DNA from: Macrostomum lignano
Lineage: Eukaryota
Assembly (NCBI GenBank): GCA_002269645.1
Contig: NIVC01000913.1
Coordinates: 118,276-182,275 of the forward strand
DNA: 64,000 bases
Direction: 5' to 3'
Positions 14,410 through 28,179 of this stretch are shown here, piece by piece; position 1 is the first letter of the stretch, and each line of letters opens with the position of its first letter. The translations under genes and the position numbers were made by a program. Below the pieces are notes generated by a model, which saw only the letters and a list, made by a program, of their open reading frames with translations, did not search any database and was not told where the DNA came from.

Positions 14410-14410
14410 C

Positions 14411-14500
<90 letters not shown>

Positions 14501-14502
14501 CC

Positions 14503-14544
<42 letters not shown>

Positions 14545-14546
14545 AC

Positions 14547-14608
<62 letters not shown>
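14410..14608. repeat. (TCTG)n microsatellite
   Basis: Direct reading. Confidence 0.97.
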
Positions 14609-14610
<2 letters not shown>

Positions 14611-15284
14611 CTCTACTGCGTCCCGTGCCCCCCCCCAATTAGTGAGCCAAGAGTTGGCCAGCATTAATCAGTCATTCAGACAGACCCAAATTCGTGACAA
14701 AATCTCTAAGCCCAAATTTCTTCAAGAAAAACTTCGAGTCTAGATTGAACCCAAGAGAATTTCTACATTGATATTAGTTAATTTTTTCTGTTGACTATCT
14801 GACTGAACTGGTGCAGCTGCACTTGATTGCGGCAGCCCACGTGTTTCAGACGCAGCTCAAAATTTACTCAATTCATTGCCAAAATACCTCCGGCAATTCA
14901 CTTTGCGGTGGCGCAACGGGCCAGCTGGATCGGCGCATGACGCAACTCAACACGAATGTCTGTTGCCATGCAGAGCTCAGATATGATTAGATTTTATATT
15001 CTGCCCTTGCTGCCTCCCTCCACCTTTCACTGCTTGAGTCCGCAACGCTCGGGCGGGTCTTTGTTTTGCGCTGAGAGCTTTATCCGGTCGATAATTGAGT
15101 TACTGGGTGGCGTTGCCGAGCCGGATTAGCGAGAGAGTGATTAGAACAGCTGGAGGGGGTGCAGCCCGCAGACCCCGGCTATCGGATATCACTTATGAAA
15201 ATTTGGTCCCTGGCGCGTAATCATATTTTAATTCTGTCGGGCCACAAATTCTAGCGAGTTCTATATTCTAATCACTCCTTATCT

Positions 15285-16110
15285 ATCTCTCTTCCTCTCC
15301 TCCCTCTCCTCCCTCTCCTTCCTCTCCTTCCTCTCCTCCCTCTCTTCCATCTCCCTCTCCTCCTTCTCTTCCATCTCCCTCTCCTCCTTCTCTTCCATCT
15401 CCCTCTCCTCCCTCTCTTCCATCTCCCTCTCCTCCTTCTCTTCCATCTCCCTCTCCTCCCTCTCTTCCATCTCCTCCCTCTCTTCCATCTCCCTCTCCTC
15501 CCTCTCCTCCCTCTCCTCCCTCTCCTCCTCCCTCTCCTCCCTCTCCTCCTCCCTCTCCTCCCTCTCCTCCCTCTCCTCCCTCTCCTCCCTCTCCTCCTCC
15601 CTCTCCTCCCTCTCCTCCCTCTCCTCCCTCTCCTCTCCTCTCTTCTCCTCTCCTCTCCTCTCCTCTCCTCCCTCTCCTCTCCTCCTCCTCTCCTCCTCCC
15701 TCCTCCCTCTCCTCCCTCTCCTCCCTCTCCTCCCTCTCCTCCCTCTCCTCCCTCTCCTCCTCCCTCTCCTCTCCTCTCCTCTCCTCTCCTCTCCTCTCCT
15801 CTCTCTCCCTCTCCTCTCCTCCTCCCTCTCCTCCTCCCTCTCCTCCCTCTCCTCCCTCTCCTCCCTCTCCTCCCTCTCCTCCCTCTCCTCCCTCTCCTCC
15901 CTCTCCTCCCTCTCCTCCCTCTCCTCCCTCTCCTCCCTCTCCTCCCTCTCCTCCTCCCTCTCCTCCCTCTCCTCTCCTCTCCTCTCATCCTCCCTCTCCT
16001 CCCTCTCCTCCCTCTCCTCCCTCTCCTCCCTCTCCTCTCCTCTCCTCTCCTCCTCCCTCTCCTCCCTCTCCTCTCCTCTCCTTCTCCACCCTCTTCTCCC
16101 TCTCTTCTCT
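15285..16110. repeat. Polypyrimidine (CTCTCCTCC)n-type tract
   Basis: Direct reading. Confidence 0.95.
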
Positions 16111-16611
16111 ATAAAATTCCAAACCCCCTTTAGCAACCTATTTCTCATATCTATCGCAGCTATTTCTCATACAGTTTATTATCTATCGCAGTAACAATGC
16201 CTCATAATTTAATCAAGTTGGAACTCACAGAATCCTTGCAGACTCCGATTGCGCCATTCGAGGCCGAACCGTTGCTAACCAGTCTGAGTTGCTCAAACAG
16301 CATAATCGCGCATGATTATAAGCTCGTTTTATTCTTAAACCCTAATCACCAAACAGTTGGTTGGACCGAATTTCTTAGAAAATTTCTGAAATCGAATGTT
16401 TGACAGATATACTCGTAGATATTGAAGGCTGTTGGTTCTTCAATTCTGGTTCCTTTTAACCTTTGTAAATAAGGCTCGTTTGTGGAAATATCCTGTCAGC
16501 CAATGGCAGCCAAGCAGCCAGTCATTGACCAATGAGAATGCTGCAATGGCTGGGCCAGGCTGCTAACCTCATGGGACTAAACTGTGCGTTATTCGCTACT
16601 AATGCATAAGT

Positions 16612-18157
16612 AGCATTGTGATTATCATTAGGGACAGTGTGATTATCATAAGTGACAGTGTGATTATCATTAGCGACAGTGTGATTAACATAAGTGACAG
16701 TGTGATTATCATTAGCGACAGTGTGATTATCATTAGTGTCAGTGTGATTATCATTAGTGACATTGTGATTCTCATTAGTGACATTGTGATTCTCATTAGT
16801 GACATTGAGATTCTCATTAGTGGCAGTGTGATTATCATTAGTGACATTGTGATTATCATTAGTGACATTGTGATTCTCATTAGTGGCAGTGTGATTTTCA
16901 TTAGTCAAATCGTGATTATCATTAGTGACAGTGTGATTATCATTAGCGACAGTGTGATTAACATAGTGACAGTGTGATTATCATTAGCGACAGTGTGATT
17001 ATCATTAGTCAAATCGTGATTATCATTAGTGACAGTGTGATTATCATTAGTCAAATCGTGATTATCATTAGCGACATTGTGATTATCATTAGGGACAATG
17101 TGATTATCATTAGCGACAGTGTGATTATCATTAGGGACATTGTGATTATCATTAGGGACAGTGTGATTATCATTAGTGACATTGTGATTCTCATTAGTGA
17201 CATTGTGATTCTCATTAGTGGCAGTGTGATTATCATTAGTGACAGTGTGATTATCATTAGTGACATTGTGATTCTCATTAGTGGCAGTGTGATTTTCATT
17301 AGTCAAATCGTGATTATCATTAGTGACATTGTGATTATCATTAGTGACATTGTGATTCTCATTAGTGGCAGTGTGATTTTCATTAGTCAAATCGTGATTA
17401 TCATTAGTGACATTGTGATTATCATTAGTGACATTGTGATTGTCATTAGTGGCAGTGTGATTTTCATTAGTCAAATCGTGATTATCATTAGTGACATTGT
17501 GATTCTCATTAGTGGCAGTGAGATTATCATTAGTGACAGTGTGATTATCATTAGTGACATTGTGATTCTCATTAGTGGCAGTGTGATTTTCATTAGTGAA
17601 ATCGTGATTATCATTAGTGACATTGTGATTATCATTAGTGACATTGTGATTATCATTAGTGACAGTGTGATTATCATTAGCGACAGTGTGATTAACATAA
17701 GTGACAGTGTGATTATCATTAGCGACAGTGTGATTATCATTAGTGTCAGTGTGATTATCATTAGTGACATTGTGATTCTCATTAGTGACATTGTGATTCT
17801 CATTAGTGGCAGTGTGATTCTCATTAGTGGCAGTGTGATTTTCATTAGCGACAGTGTGATTATCATTAGTCAAATCGTGATTATCATTAGTGACAGTGTG
17901 ATTATCATTAGTCAAATCGTGATTATCATTAGCGACATTGTGATTATCATTAGTGACATTGTGATTCTCATTAGTGGCAGTGTGATTTTCATTAGTCAAA
18001 TCGTGATTATCATTAGTGACAGTGTGATTATCATTAGTGACATTGTGATTCTCATTAGTGGCAGTGTGATTTTCATTAGTCAAATCGTGATTATCATTAG
18101 TGACATTGTGATTATCATTAGTGACATTGTGATTATCATTAGTGACATTGTGATTCT
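16612..18157. repeat. 21-bp tandem array (ATTATCATTAGTGACATTGTG)
   Basis: Direct reading; 7-aa ORF periodicity. Confidence 0.96.
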
Positions 18158-18667
18158 CCTGAGAATTTCATTGCTGTGAATAATTTATCAAGGGAATTCT
18201 CACCAATCCCAGGAATTGCTTCCGTGTCCAAGCAGTGTGAGAGCTCCGTACCTGACTCACTCAATCGGCAATATCTCCGAATTCACTAATCCCGGCCTGT
18301 CAGTCAAAGTTGTCTGCCAGACCGCTGCTAAACGTCTTTGTTTGCTTGCCAAAGTCAAGCTGGCGATATCAATCAAGACTTGAGTCAGAATTTTGGGCCT
18401 TATCTGTGCATCCGACTGAGTGCCTCACCGTGACCCTTCACCGGCTGCCACCAAGCAGGCATTCGACCCGCTACCCGCCCTGACTCGCTCAGAGTTCCCA
18501 GATTAATCTGGCGACTATTCGACGGTCTTTGTTCCTGAACTCGAAATGAATTATTTACTTTTATAGACTTCGATTTTCAGATGTGGCTAGGCCTGAGGTC
18601 TTTCTAAGAAAATATGCGCCGGATTTAAAGTACATTTGCTACTTCTGCTCTCTGCCACCGTTGTCAG

Positions 18668-18669
<2 letters not shown>

Positions 18670-18722
<53 letters not shown>

Positions 18723-18942
18723 TCTCTCTCTCCCTCTCTCTCTCCTCTCTCTCTCTCTCTCTCCCTCTCTCTCTCCTCTCTCTCTCTCCTCCCTCTCTCT
18801 CCCTCTCTCTCTCTCTCTCTCTCCCTCTCTCTCTCTCCCTCTCTCTCTCTCTCTCTCCTCCCTCTCTCTCCTCTCTCTCTCTCTCTCCCTCCCTCTCTCT
18901 CCCTCTCTCTCCCTCTCTCTCTCTCTCTCACTCTCTCTCTCA

Positions 18943-18975
<33 letters not shown>

Positions 18976-19250
18976 CCTATCTCTAATCATGTCTAAAAAA
19001 TGTCTAATCATATCCTTGGGTGTAACACGGCAGTGTTACTTTCATTTCAACCTTGCTATACATCGGAGAGTGCCCTCCTCTCTCCTCTCCTTCTCCCCCA
19101 CTCTCCCTCTCTCACTCTCTCCCTCTCCCCATCTCCCTCTTCCTCTCTCCCTCTCCCCATCGCCCCTCTTTCTCTCTCCCTCTTCTCATTCTCTCCTTCT
19201 CTCCTTCTCCTTTTCCTTCTCTCCTCTCTCCTTCTTTCAATTCTCCCCCA
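18670..19250. repeat. (CT)n and CT-rich tracts (18670-18970, 19070-19250)
   Basis: Direct reading. Confidence 0.9.
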
Positions 19251-19644
19251 TCTGCGTTGTATTTTCCCATGCAGAGTGAAAATGAAAATAAAAGATGGAA
19301 ATCGCAGAGGATGTAATGCTTTGTTGACTGAAAAGTGTATTTGCATAAACTCCAACTTTCCCAACCCAGCTTCTGTTTGCTAGAATTTCGAATCAAAGTG
19401 GCCGTTGATCAATTGTTTATAGAAACAATTATCAAGTTCAGATCTGAATTAAATATAAGTTTGGTATGCAAGGACATTCAAATGTGCATGTAATCCATGA
19501 ACTTCTCAAACAACTTAAAAATCTAAATATAAGCACATGTTGTTGCAAAAAGTGTCTGTCCAGCGCATCATGCAAAATCCAATGCAAAATTTGTTTCCAT
19601 GCTGCTCGATAGCGGCAATCCGGTTGTCAACACTAATCCGAAAA

Positions 19645-20275
19645 CTAATCTCAACAAAAAGTCTGACGCTAATCCTAACCTTATTCCAGACACTAACTCT
19701 CATCCGGTCATTAACCCTACTCTGGACACTAACCGTAATTCGGAAACTAACGCTAATCCGGACACTAACCCTAATCCGGACACTAACCCTAATCCGGACA
19801 CTAATCCTAATCCGGACACTAGCCATGATCCAGACACTGACGTTAATCCGGACACTAACCCTAATCCGGACAAAAACCCTAATCCAGACACAAACTCTCA
19901 TACGGTCATTAACCCTACTCCGGACACTAACCCTAATTCGGACACTAACCCTAATCCGGAATCTAACCCTAATCCTGACACTAGCCCTAATCCTGACACT
20001 AGCCCTTATCCGGACACTAGCCTTAATCCGGACACTAACCCTAATCCGGACAAAAACCCTAATCCAGACACAAACTCTCATACGGTCATTAACCCTACTC
20101 CGGACACTAACCCTAATTCGGACACTAACCCTAATCCGGACACTAACCCTAATCCAGACACTAATCCTAATCCGGACACTAGCCATAATCCAGACACTGA
20201 CCCTAATCCGGACACTAACCCTAATCCAGACACTAACGCTAATCCAGACAATAACCCTAATCCGGAAAACTAACC
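19645..20275. repeat. 18-bp tandem array (CCGGACACTAACCCTAAT)
   Basis: Direct reading; 6-aa ORF periodicity. Confidence 0.95.
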
Positions 20276-20412
20276 CAACTGTCATTCATCCACTGCCTCA
20301 ACCCGAATCCAGAATGTCCAAATTTCTCTAACAAGCTGAGAGCTCTGTCAGTATGTGTCAGACTTGTGACAGTGTCAGTCAGCAACTGTCACAGGCTGGC
20401 ACTTCAGCATCT

Positions 20413-23400
20413 TCAGTTAAAGAAGCCCCACATGAACAGCCCGATTGCCACGGCCGCAGCGGACAGAATGTCCACTAGAGTCTGCCACTTGGGATTCACT
20501 CGGGAAGCTGTGGCCGTCATCCTGAGCTCGATGGCCTCTCTGACGGACTCGTCAAGTTGATCCTCGACTTCGGTGGCCCCGCAGAACACGTGGATCAGGG
20601 TGGTTTTCCAGTCCCGGCCTCCCGAACCCTCTTTCTGCTCGCTCTCCTTGGCCAAGGCCTGCATGTCGGGGACTTCGGTCTCGTCAAGGATGCGCTGGAT
20701 CTCCTCGTTGCTGCGCAGGGTCCAAATTGTGGTGCCGACCAGCTGAAGGCGGGCAGGTGGGTAGGCAGGCCTGACCATGATGTGTCAGATCTTATCCACG
20801 ATCCTGACCATAATGTGTCAGATCTTATTGACTCTCCTGACCATAATGTGTCAGATCATATTGACTTTCCTGACCATAATGTGTCAGAACTTATTGACTC
20901 TCCTGATCATAATGTGTCAGATCTTATTGACTCTCCTGACCATAATGTGTCAGAACTTATTGACTCTCCTGACCATAATGTGTCAGAACTTATTGACTCT
21001 CCTGACCATAATGTGTCAGAACTTATTGACTCTCCTGACCATAATGTGTCAGATCTTATTGACTCTCCTGACCATAATGTGTCAGAACTTATTGACTCTC
21101 CTGACCATAATGTGTCAGAACTTATTGACTCTCCTGACCATAATGTGTCAGATCTTATCGACTATCCTGACCATAATGTGTCAGATCTATCAACTATCCT
21201 GACTAGAATGAAGTCAGATCTATCAAGTATCTTGACTAGAATGTGTCAGATCCATCAACTATCCCGACTAGAATGAGTCAGATCTATTGAGTATCCTGAC
21301 TAGAATGAGTCAGATCTATTAAGTATCCTGACTAGAATGAGTCAGATCTGTTAAGTATCCTGACTAGAATGAAGTCAGATCTGTCAACTATCCTGACTAG
21401 AATGTGTCAAATCCATCAACTATCCTGACTAGAATGAGTCAGATCCATCAACTATCCTGACTAGAATGTGTCAGATCCATCAACTATCCTGACTAGAATG
21501 AGTCAGATCCATCAACTATCCCGACTAGAATGAGTCAGATCCATCAACTATCCTGACTAGAATGAGTCAGATCTATTGAGTATCCTGACTAGAATGAGTC
21601 AGATCTATTAAGTATCCCGACTAGAATGTGTCAGGTCCATCAACTATCCTGACTAGAATGAGTCAGGTCTATCAAGTATCCCGACTAGAATGAGTCAGAT
21701 CTATCAAGTATCCTGACTAGAATGAGTCAGATCTATCAACTATCCTGACTAGAATGAGTCAGATCTATTGAGTATCCTGACTAGAATGAGTCAGATCTGT
21801 CAACTATCCTGACTAGAATGAGTCAGATCTATTGAGTATCCTGACTAGAATGAGTCAGATCTGTCAACTATCCTGACTAGAATGAGTCAGGTCTATTAAG
21901 TATCCCGACTAGAATGAGTCAGATCTATTAAGTATCCCGACTAGAATGAGTCAGATCTATCAACTATCCTGACTAGAATGAGTCAGCTATATCGAATCGA
22001 AGCTCCTCAGACTCCCAACGCGGTCAGCGCTCACCCTCTCCTTGGGCAGCGGCCGCGTCACCAGGCTGACCACAAAGCTGATGATGGCGCTCAACGAGAA
22101 CAGGAAGATGGCAAAGTGCAGGTAGTGGAAATTCCTCAGCAGCTCATGCCTGGTGTCCTCCTCACCGCAGCCTGGCGGCGACTCGATGAAGCTCCAGATC
22201 ATCCTGGCCACGCCCACCACCAGCCCGACGGCAAGGCCCCAGAAGGCGCCCTCCTCGTTCATCCGGGTCCACATCACGGCCATGAGGAAGCAGGCGAACA
22301 GCGGCGGCGCCAGGAAGCTGTTGATCTGCTGCAGGTAGTGAAAGATCTGCCCGCCTTCGGCCAAGTCAACGGTCGGCAGCCAGGCGATGCCGATCAGCAG
22401 GAAGCCGAGGGTGAACACCCTGCTCACCAGCATCTGCTCCTTGTTGTTGGCGTGCGGCCGGAACTTCAGCCAGATGTCCACCGTGAAGAGGGTGGCCGCG
22501 CTGTTGAAAATCGACGTCAAGGAGGACATCAGGGCTGCCAGCAGGGCTGACACCATCAGGCCCTTCACTATGGTGGGCATCACCTGCGGGATTGATGGCG
22601 AAGGCAATGACCTTTGGCCTTTTCCAAAATCTGCCTCTCTCCGCTCCCTCAGTGCCAGAATCTGCCTCTCCGCTCCCTCAGTGCCAGAATCTGCCTCTCC
22701 GCTCCCTCAGTGCCAGAATCTGCCTCTCCGCTCCCTCAGTGCCAGAATCTGCCTCTCCGCTCCCTCAGTGCCAGAATCTGCCTCTCTCCGCTCCCTCAGT
22801 GCCAGAATCTGCCTCTCTCCGCTCCCTCAGTGCCAGAATCTGCCTCTCTCCGCTCCCTCAGTGCTTGAATCTGCCTCTCCGCTCCCTCAGTGCTTGAATC
22901 TGCCTCTCTCCGCTCCCTCAGTGCTTGAATCTGCCTCTCCCTCAGTGCCAGAATCTGCCTCTCTCCGCTCCCTCAGTGCTTGAATCTGCCTCTCCCTCAG
23001 TGCTTGAATCTGCCTCTCCCTCAGTGCTTGAATCTGCCTCTCTCCACTTCCTCAGTGCTTGAATCTGCCTCTCCCTCAGTGCTTGAATCTGCCTCTCTCC
23101 ACTTCCTCAGTGCTTGAATCTGCCTCTCTCCACTTCCTCAGTGCTTGAATCTGCCTCTCTCCGCTCCCTCAATGCTTGAATCTGCCTCTCTCCCCTCCCT
23201 CAGTGCTTGAATCTGCCTCTCTCCGCTCCCTCAGTGCGTGACTCACCCGCAGCACCAGGTAAAAGTAGGCGGCATTGCTGCAGCCACCGGGACTGCCGCA
23301 CTCCTTATTGCAGGAATCGGCGCTGCCGCAGGCGACCACATCCGGGAAGAGAATTCTCGCCACCATGCCGGGCCAGATCATGATGAACAGAGGCAGGATC

Positions 23401-26400
23401 TTCAGGATGGCGGCCATGGCTGTGCCAGCCTTGGCGTGAGTGAGGTCCTTGGCGGCCAGGATGCGCTGCACCAGCACCTGGTCGGTGCAGAAGTACCAGC
23501 CGGACAGAATGAAGGCGCCCAAGCTGATGCCGAGCCAGGGGTACTCCGGGTCAGTGATGGGGCGCATCATCTTGAATGCGTCCGGGTCCGCCAGGCCGCA
23601 GGTCGAGTTGCCAAGGAGGGTCTCGTTGGCGATGGACCTGAAGTATAAATTCTCCATGTTCTCGTAGGATCCCACTGCGTTCAGGCCTGCGTGGGTGGGA
23701 GAGTTTTGCGGTTTTGAATTGGAGTCAAATATCACTGAATTTGAGTCTGTTTTTCTGACCTCCAATCTCCCCTCAGCTGTCCTCCAATCTCCCCTCAGCT
23801 GTCCTCCAATCTCCCCTCAGCTGTCCTCTAATCTCCCTTAGCTGTCCTCCAATCTTCCCTTAGCTGCCCTCCAATCTCCCCATCTCTAATCTCCCTCAGC
23901 TGACCTCCAATCTCCCCTCAGCTGTCCTCCAATCTTCCCTTAGCTGTCCTCCAATCTTCCCTTAGCTGCCCTCCAATCTCCCCATCTCTAATCTCCCCTC
24001 AGCTGTCCTCCAATCTCCCCTCAGCTGTCCTCCAATCTCCCCTCAGCTGTCCTCCAATCTCCCTCAGCTGACCTCCAATCTCCCCTCAGCTGACCTCCAA
24101 TCTCCCCTCAGCTGTCCTCCAATCTCCCCTCAGCTGTCCTCCAATCTCCCCTCAGCTGACCTCCAATCTCCCCTCAGCTGACCTCCAATCTCCCCTCAGC
24201 TGTCCTCCAATCTCCCTCAGCTGTCCTCCAATCTCCCCTCAGCTGTCCTCCAATCTTCCCTTAGCTGTCCTCCAATCTTCCCTTAGCTGCCCTCCAATCT
24301 CCCCTCAGCTGACCTCCAATCTCCCCTCAGCTGTCCTCCAATCTCCCCTCAGCTGTCCTCCAATCTTCCCTTAGCTGTCCTCCAATCTTCCCTTAGCTGC
24401 CCTCCAATCTCCCCTCAGCTGACCTCCAATCTCCCCTCAGCTGTCCTCCAATCTCCCCTCAGCTGTCCTCCAATCTTCCCTTAGCTGTCCTCCAATCTTC
24501 CCTTAGCTGCCCTCCAATCTCCCCAATCTCCAATCTCCCCACCACCTCCTTTCTCCCCCACCTCCAATCTCCTCCATCTCCAATCTCCCCATCTCCAATC
24601 TGCTCCATCTCCAATCTCCCCATCTCCAATCCCCAACTCCAATCTCCCCAAACTCCAATCTCCCCCAACCCCAATCTCCCCCAACTCCGATCTCCCCCAC
24701 CTCTAATCTCCCCCCAAGCCGCCTACTAAAACCTCCCCCACCTCTAACCTCCCCATCCCCAACCTCGCCCACCACCGGCATCCCCGGAGACTCACTGAAG
24801 CCGGTCAGAATGAAGGCGCCGATGACCACAATGACACCTTGAAGCGCATCTGTGTAGATCACTGCCGAGAGTCCGCCTAGTTTTAAAAACATTTTCCATC
24901 GTTATTATCTTGAAAAATTGATGCTTAATAATATCTTTGGATGAAGTCATAAAATATTACGATTATAAAGCAATTCTCTTATCAGAAAAGTCATTTTTTG
25001 TGATCTTGTTGATACAACGGTATCTCCTAGTGGTCCTTTTGAGTACATTTAGCGTGCATACAATGTACATTTAGCGTACATCTTATGTACATTTAGCGTA
25101 CATCCAATGTAAATTTAGCGTACATCCAATATAGAGTTGGTGTACATCCAATGTACATTTAGCGTACATCCAATGTAAATTTAGCGTACATCCAATGTAC
25201 AGTTGGTGTACATCCAATGTACATTTAGCGTACATCCAATGTACAGTTGGTGTACATCCAATGTACAGTTAGCGTATATCCAATGTAAATTTAGCGTACA
25301 TCCAATAGTGAAACATCCTCACCAAGAATGGTGTACAGCGTGGTGACAGCCAGCAGCCCGAGCAGCGCCAGGTACTTGTTGTCAATCAGCAGGGCCTGCT
25401 GGAGGATGAGAACTCCGCCGTAGAGTTCGCCCTTGTGAATGAATTAAAAAGAAAAAAGTTTTTTTTAAATAAAAATAGTTCTAAAACCCCCTTTCGCCTA
25501 CTGACAGTGAATAGTTTGTAAGTAGTTTAAATAATAATGAATAAAGATTGAAGCCCTACCGACAGTTTGGTGAAGACAAACAGAATGAGGTTCTGCACTG
25601 CCAGGTACATCTGCAGCCGGCTGCCGCCGAAGCGCCTCCGCAGATATTCGGGCATGGTGAAGGCGCCCGAGCTCACGTACACCGGGATGAAGGCGTACCC
25701 CAGCAGGATGATGCCGAACAGACCCTGGATGGTGGATATTTCAAGATTCTTCGGTGTCGGTTGATGGCTCGATTTCAGATTCGTTTCGTTAGCCACACTG
25801 ACACCTGATCTAGCAATATGCTGACTTACCGATACAATGCACCCCTGACACCCATTGTGGCACTCTTGACATCCAAATTGAGTGTCTCCTGACACACTGG
25901 TTAATGCTCTCTGACAGGTGAATTCGTCATCCCCTGACACCCCTATTTGTCACCCCCTGACACCCCTATTTGTCATCCCCCTGACATCCCTTTTCTCACC
26001 CCTGACACCCCTATTTGTCACCCCCCTGACACCCCTGTTTTTCATTTCCCTGACATCCCTTTTTTCATCCCCTGATACCCCTATTTGCCATCCCCTGACA
26101 CCCCTGTTTGTCATCCCCTGACACCCATATTTGTCATCCTCCTGACATCCCTTTTTCTCACCCCCTGACACCCCTATTTGTCACCCCTGACACCCATTTG
26201 ACACCCCTGACACCCCTATTTGTCGCCTTCCACATCTTTTTTGTCACCCCCCTGACACCCCTTTTTGTCATCACCCCTGACACCTTTTTTGTCACACCCT
26301 GACACCCCTTTTTGTCACCCCTGCACCCCTATCTGTCACCCCTGACACCCCTATCTGTCACCCCCTGACAGCCCTATTCGTTAAACCCTGACATCCTATT

Positions 26401-28179
26401 TAGCTGTCCCTGACACCCAGTTCGCCGCGCCACCTGAAACCTAATTTATCGCCACCTGGCAACCATTTCGGCCGAGGCCAGGCAGAGTTCGAACTCACGC
26501 AGAATTCGTAGCAAAGCACGGCGACGCCTTTGGCAGCGGCTGAGCCGGCCACGCCCATGAAGCTGCTGCTGCCGATGTTGCTCATGTACAGCGACAGGCC
26601 CACCAGCGGCCAGGTCATGTCCCGGCCGGCCAGAAAGTAGCTTTCAGCCGAAGTCTTTGTACTTCTCAGGGACGACTAGAATTTGAAGGCGGCAGGGGGG
26701 AGCTTTGAATCGAGCTTGCAGACATCAGTAGTATGTGAGTCAGTAGTAAGTTTCCAGTCAAAGTCGTATTTGCCATCCGATAACATTTTCACTCCACTAA
26801 GTGTCAGTCCGAACAGTTTCACTCCATAAAAAGTTACTCTGGTATTTTCACTCTTTGAATTGTCACTCCGCGTATTTTCGCTGTATCTATTGTCACTCCG
26901 GGTACTTTCACTCTGTGAATTGTCACTCCGGTTATTTTCACTCTGAAAATCGTCACTTCGGGTACTTTCCCTGTATCTATTGTCACTCAGGGTATTTTCA
27001 CTATATAAATATTGTCACTGGGTATTTTCACAATATAAATATTGTCACTCTGGGTATTTTCACTATATAAATTGTCACTCTGGGTATTTTAACTATATAA
27101 ATTGTCACTCTGGGTATTTTAACTATATAAATTGTCACTCAGGGTATTTTCACTATATAAATATTGTCACTGGGTATTTTCACAATATAAATATTGTCAC
27201 TCTGGGTATTTTAACTATATAAATTGTCACTCTGGGTATTTTAACTATATAAATTGTCACTCTGGGTATTTTCACTATATAAATATTGTCACTCTGGGTA
27301 TTTTCACTATATAAATATTGTCACTCTGGGTATTTTCACTATATAAATATTGTCACTCTGGGTATTTTCACTATATAAATTGTCACTCTGGGTATTTTCA
27401 CTATATAAATTGTCACTCTGGGTATTTTCACTATATCTATTGTCACCCTGGGTATTTTCACTATATAAATATTGTCACTCTGGGTATTTTCACTAAATAA
27501 ATTGTCACTCTGGGTATTTTCACTATATAAATTGTCACTTTGGGTATTTTCACTATATAAATTGTCACTCTGGGTATTTTCACTATATCTATTGTCACCC
27601 TGGGTATTTTCACTATATAAATAGTCACTCTGGGTATTTTCACTAAATAAATTGTCACTCTGGGTATTTTCACTATATAAATATTGTCACTCTGGGTATT
27701 TTCACTATATAAATATTGTCACTCTGGGTATTTTCACTATATAAATATTGTCACTCTGGGTATTTTCACTATATAAATTGTCACTCTGGGTATTTTCACT
27801 ATATAAATTGTCACTCTGGGTATTTTCACTATATCTATTGTCACCCTGGGTATTTTCACTATATAAATATTGTCACCCTGGGTATTTTCACTAAATAAAT
27901 TGTCACTCTGGGTATTTTCACTATATAAATATTGTCACTCTGAGTATTTTCACTATATCTATTGTCACCCTGGGTATCTTTACTGAATCTATTGTAACTC
28001 CGGGTATTTCCACTCGATTCAATTTCACTCAGAAATCGGTACTCTGTCAAATTTCACACTGTCACACTATCCAATGTCACTCCTGCAGAAATGTCACTCA
28101 CCCATAGTCCGAGTGCTACGGTGATGCTGAAGTGCGCACCGACAACCAGGTAGTCGCCCAGAGCGAGCGGGTCGTCCAT
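20413..28179 (-). CDS. SLC5 family sodium/solute symporter (SGLT/SMIT-like), 8 exons, ~642 aa
   Basis: Exons joined by GT-AG sites with consistent phase: 28102-28179 (MDDPLALGDYLVVGAHF), 26499-26675 (SYFLAGRDMTWPLVGLSLYMSNIGS), 25560-25724 (FTMPEYLRRRFGGSRLQMYL), 25323-25431, 24796-24876 (GGLSAVIYTDALQ), 23247-23686 (WYFCTDQVLVQRILAAKDLTHAK), 22035-22583 (AALMSSLTSIFNSAATLFTVDIW), 20413-20742 (ends MWGFFN*). Total 1929 nt. These motifs are SLC5/SSF hallmarks. Confidence 0.95.
20770..21985. repeat. 33-bp array grading into a 31-32-bp array (last SLC5 intron)
   Basis: Direct reading. Confidence 0.95.
22628..23236. repeat. 29-31-bp tandem array (SLC5 intron)
   Basis: Unit CTGCCTCTCCGCTCCCTCAGTGCCAGAAT. 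Confidence 0.95.
23758..24720. repeat. 22-bp tandem array (SLC5 intron)
   Basis: Unit CCAATCTCCCCTCAGCTGTCCT. Confidence 0.95.
25045..25306. repeat. 22-bp tandem array (SLC5 intron)
   Basis: Unit GTACATCCAATGTACATTTAGC. Confidence 0.9.
25790..26400. repeat. ~22-bp tandem array (SLC5 intron)
   Basis: Unit CCCCTGACACCCCTATTTGTCA, degenerate at the edges. Confidence 0.9.
26830..28010. repeat. 30-32-bp tandem array (SLC5 intron 1)
   Basis: Unit TGTCACTCTGGGTATTTTCACTATATAAAT(AT). Confidence 0.95.

Noticed and set aside
16522-18179. Long ORFs (NDNH-, IIISD-rich) as genes
   Set aside because: They are open only because the 21-bp unit lacks stops in several frames on both strands; there is no non-repetitive coding sequence.
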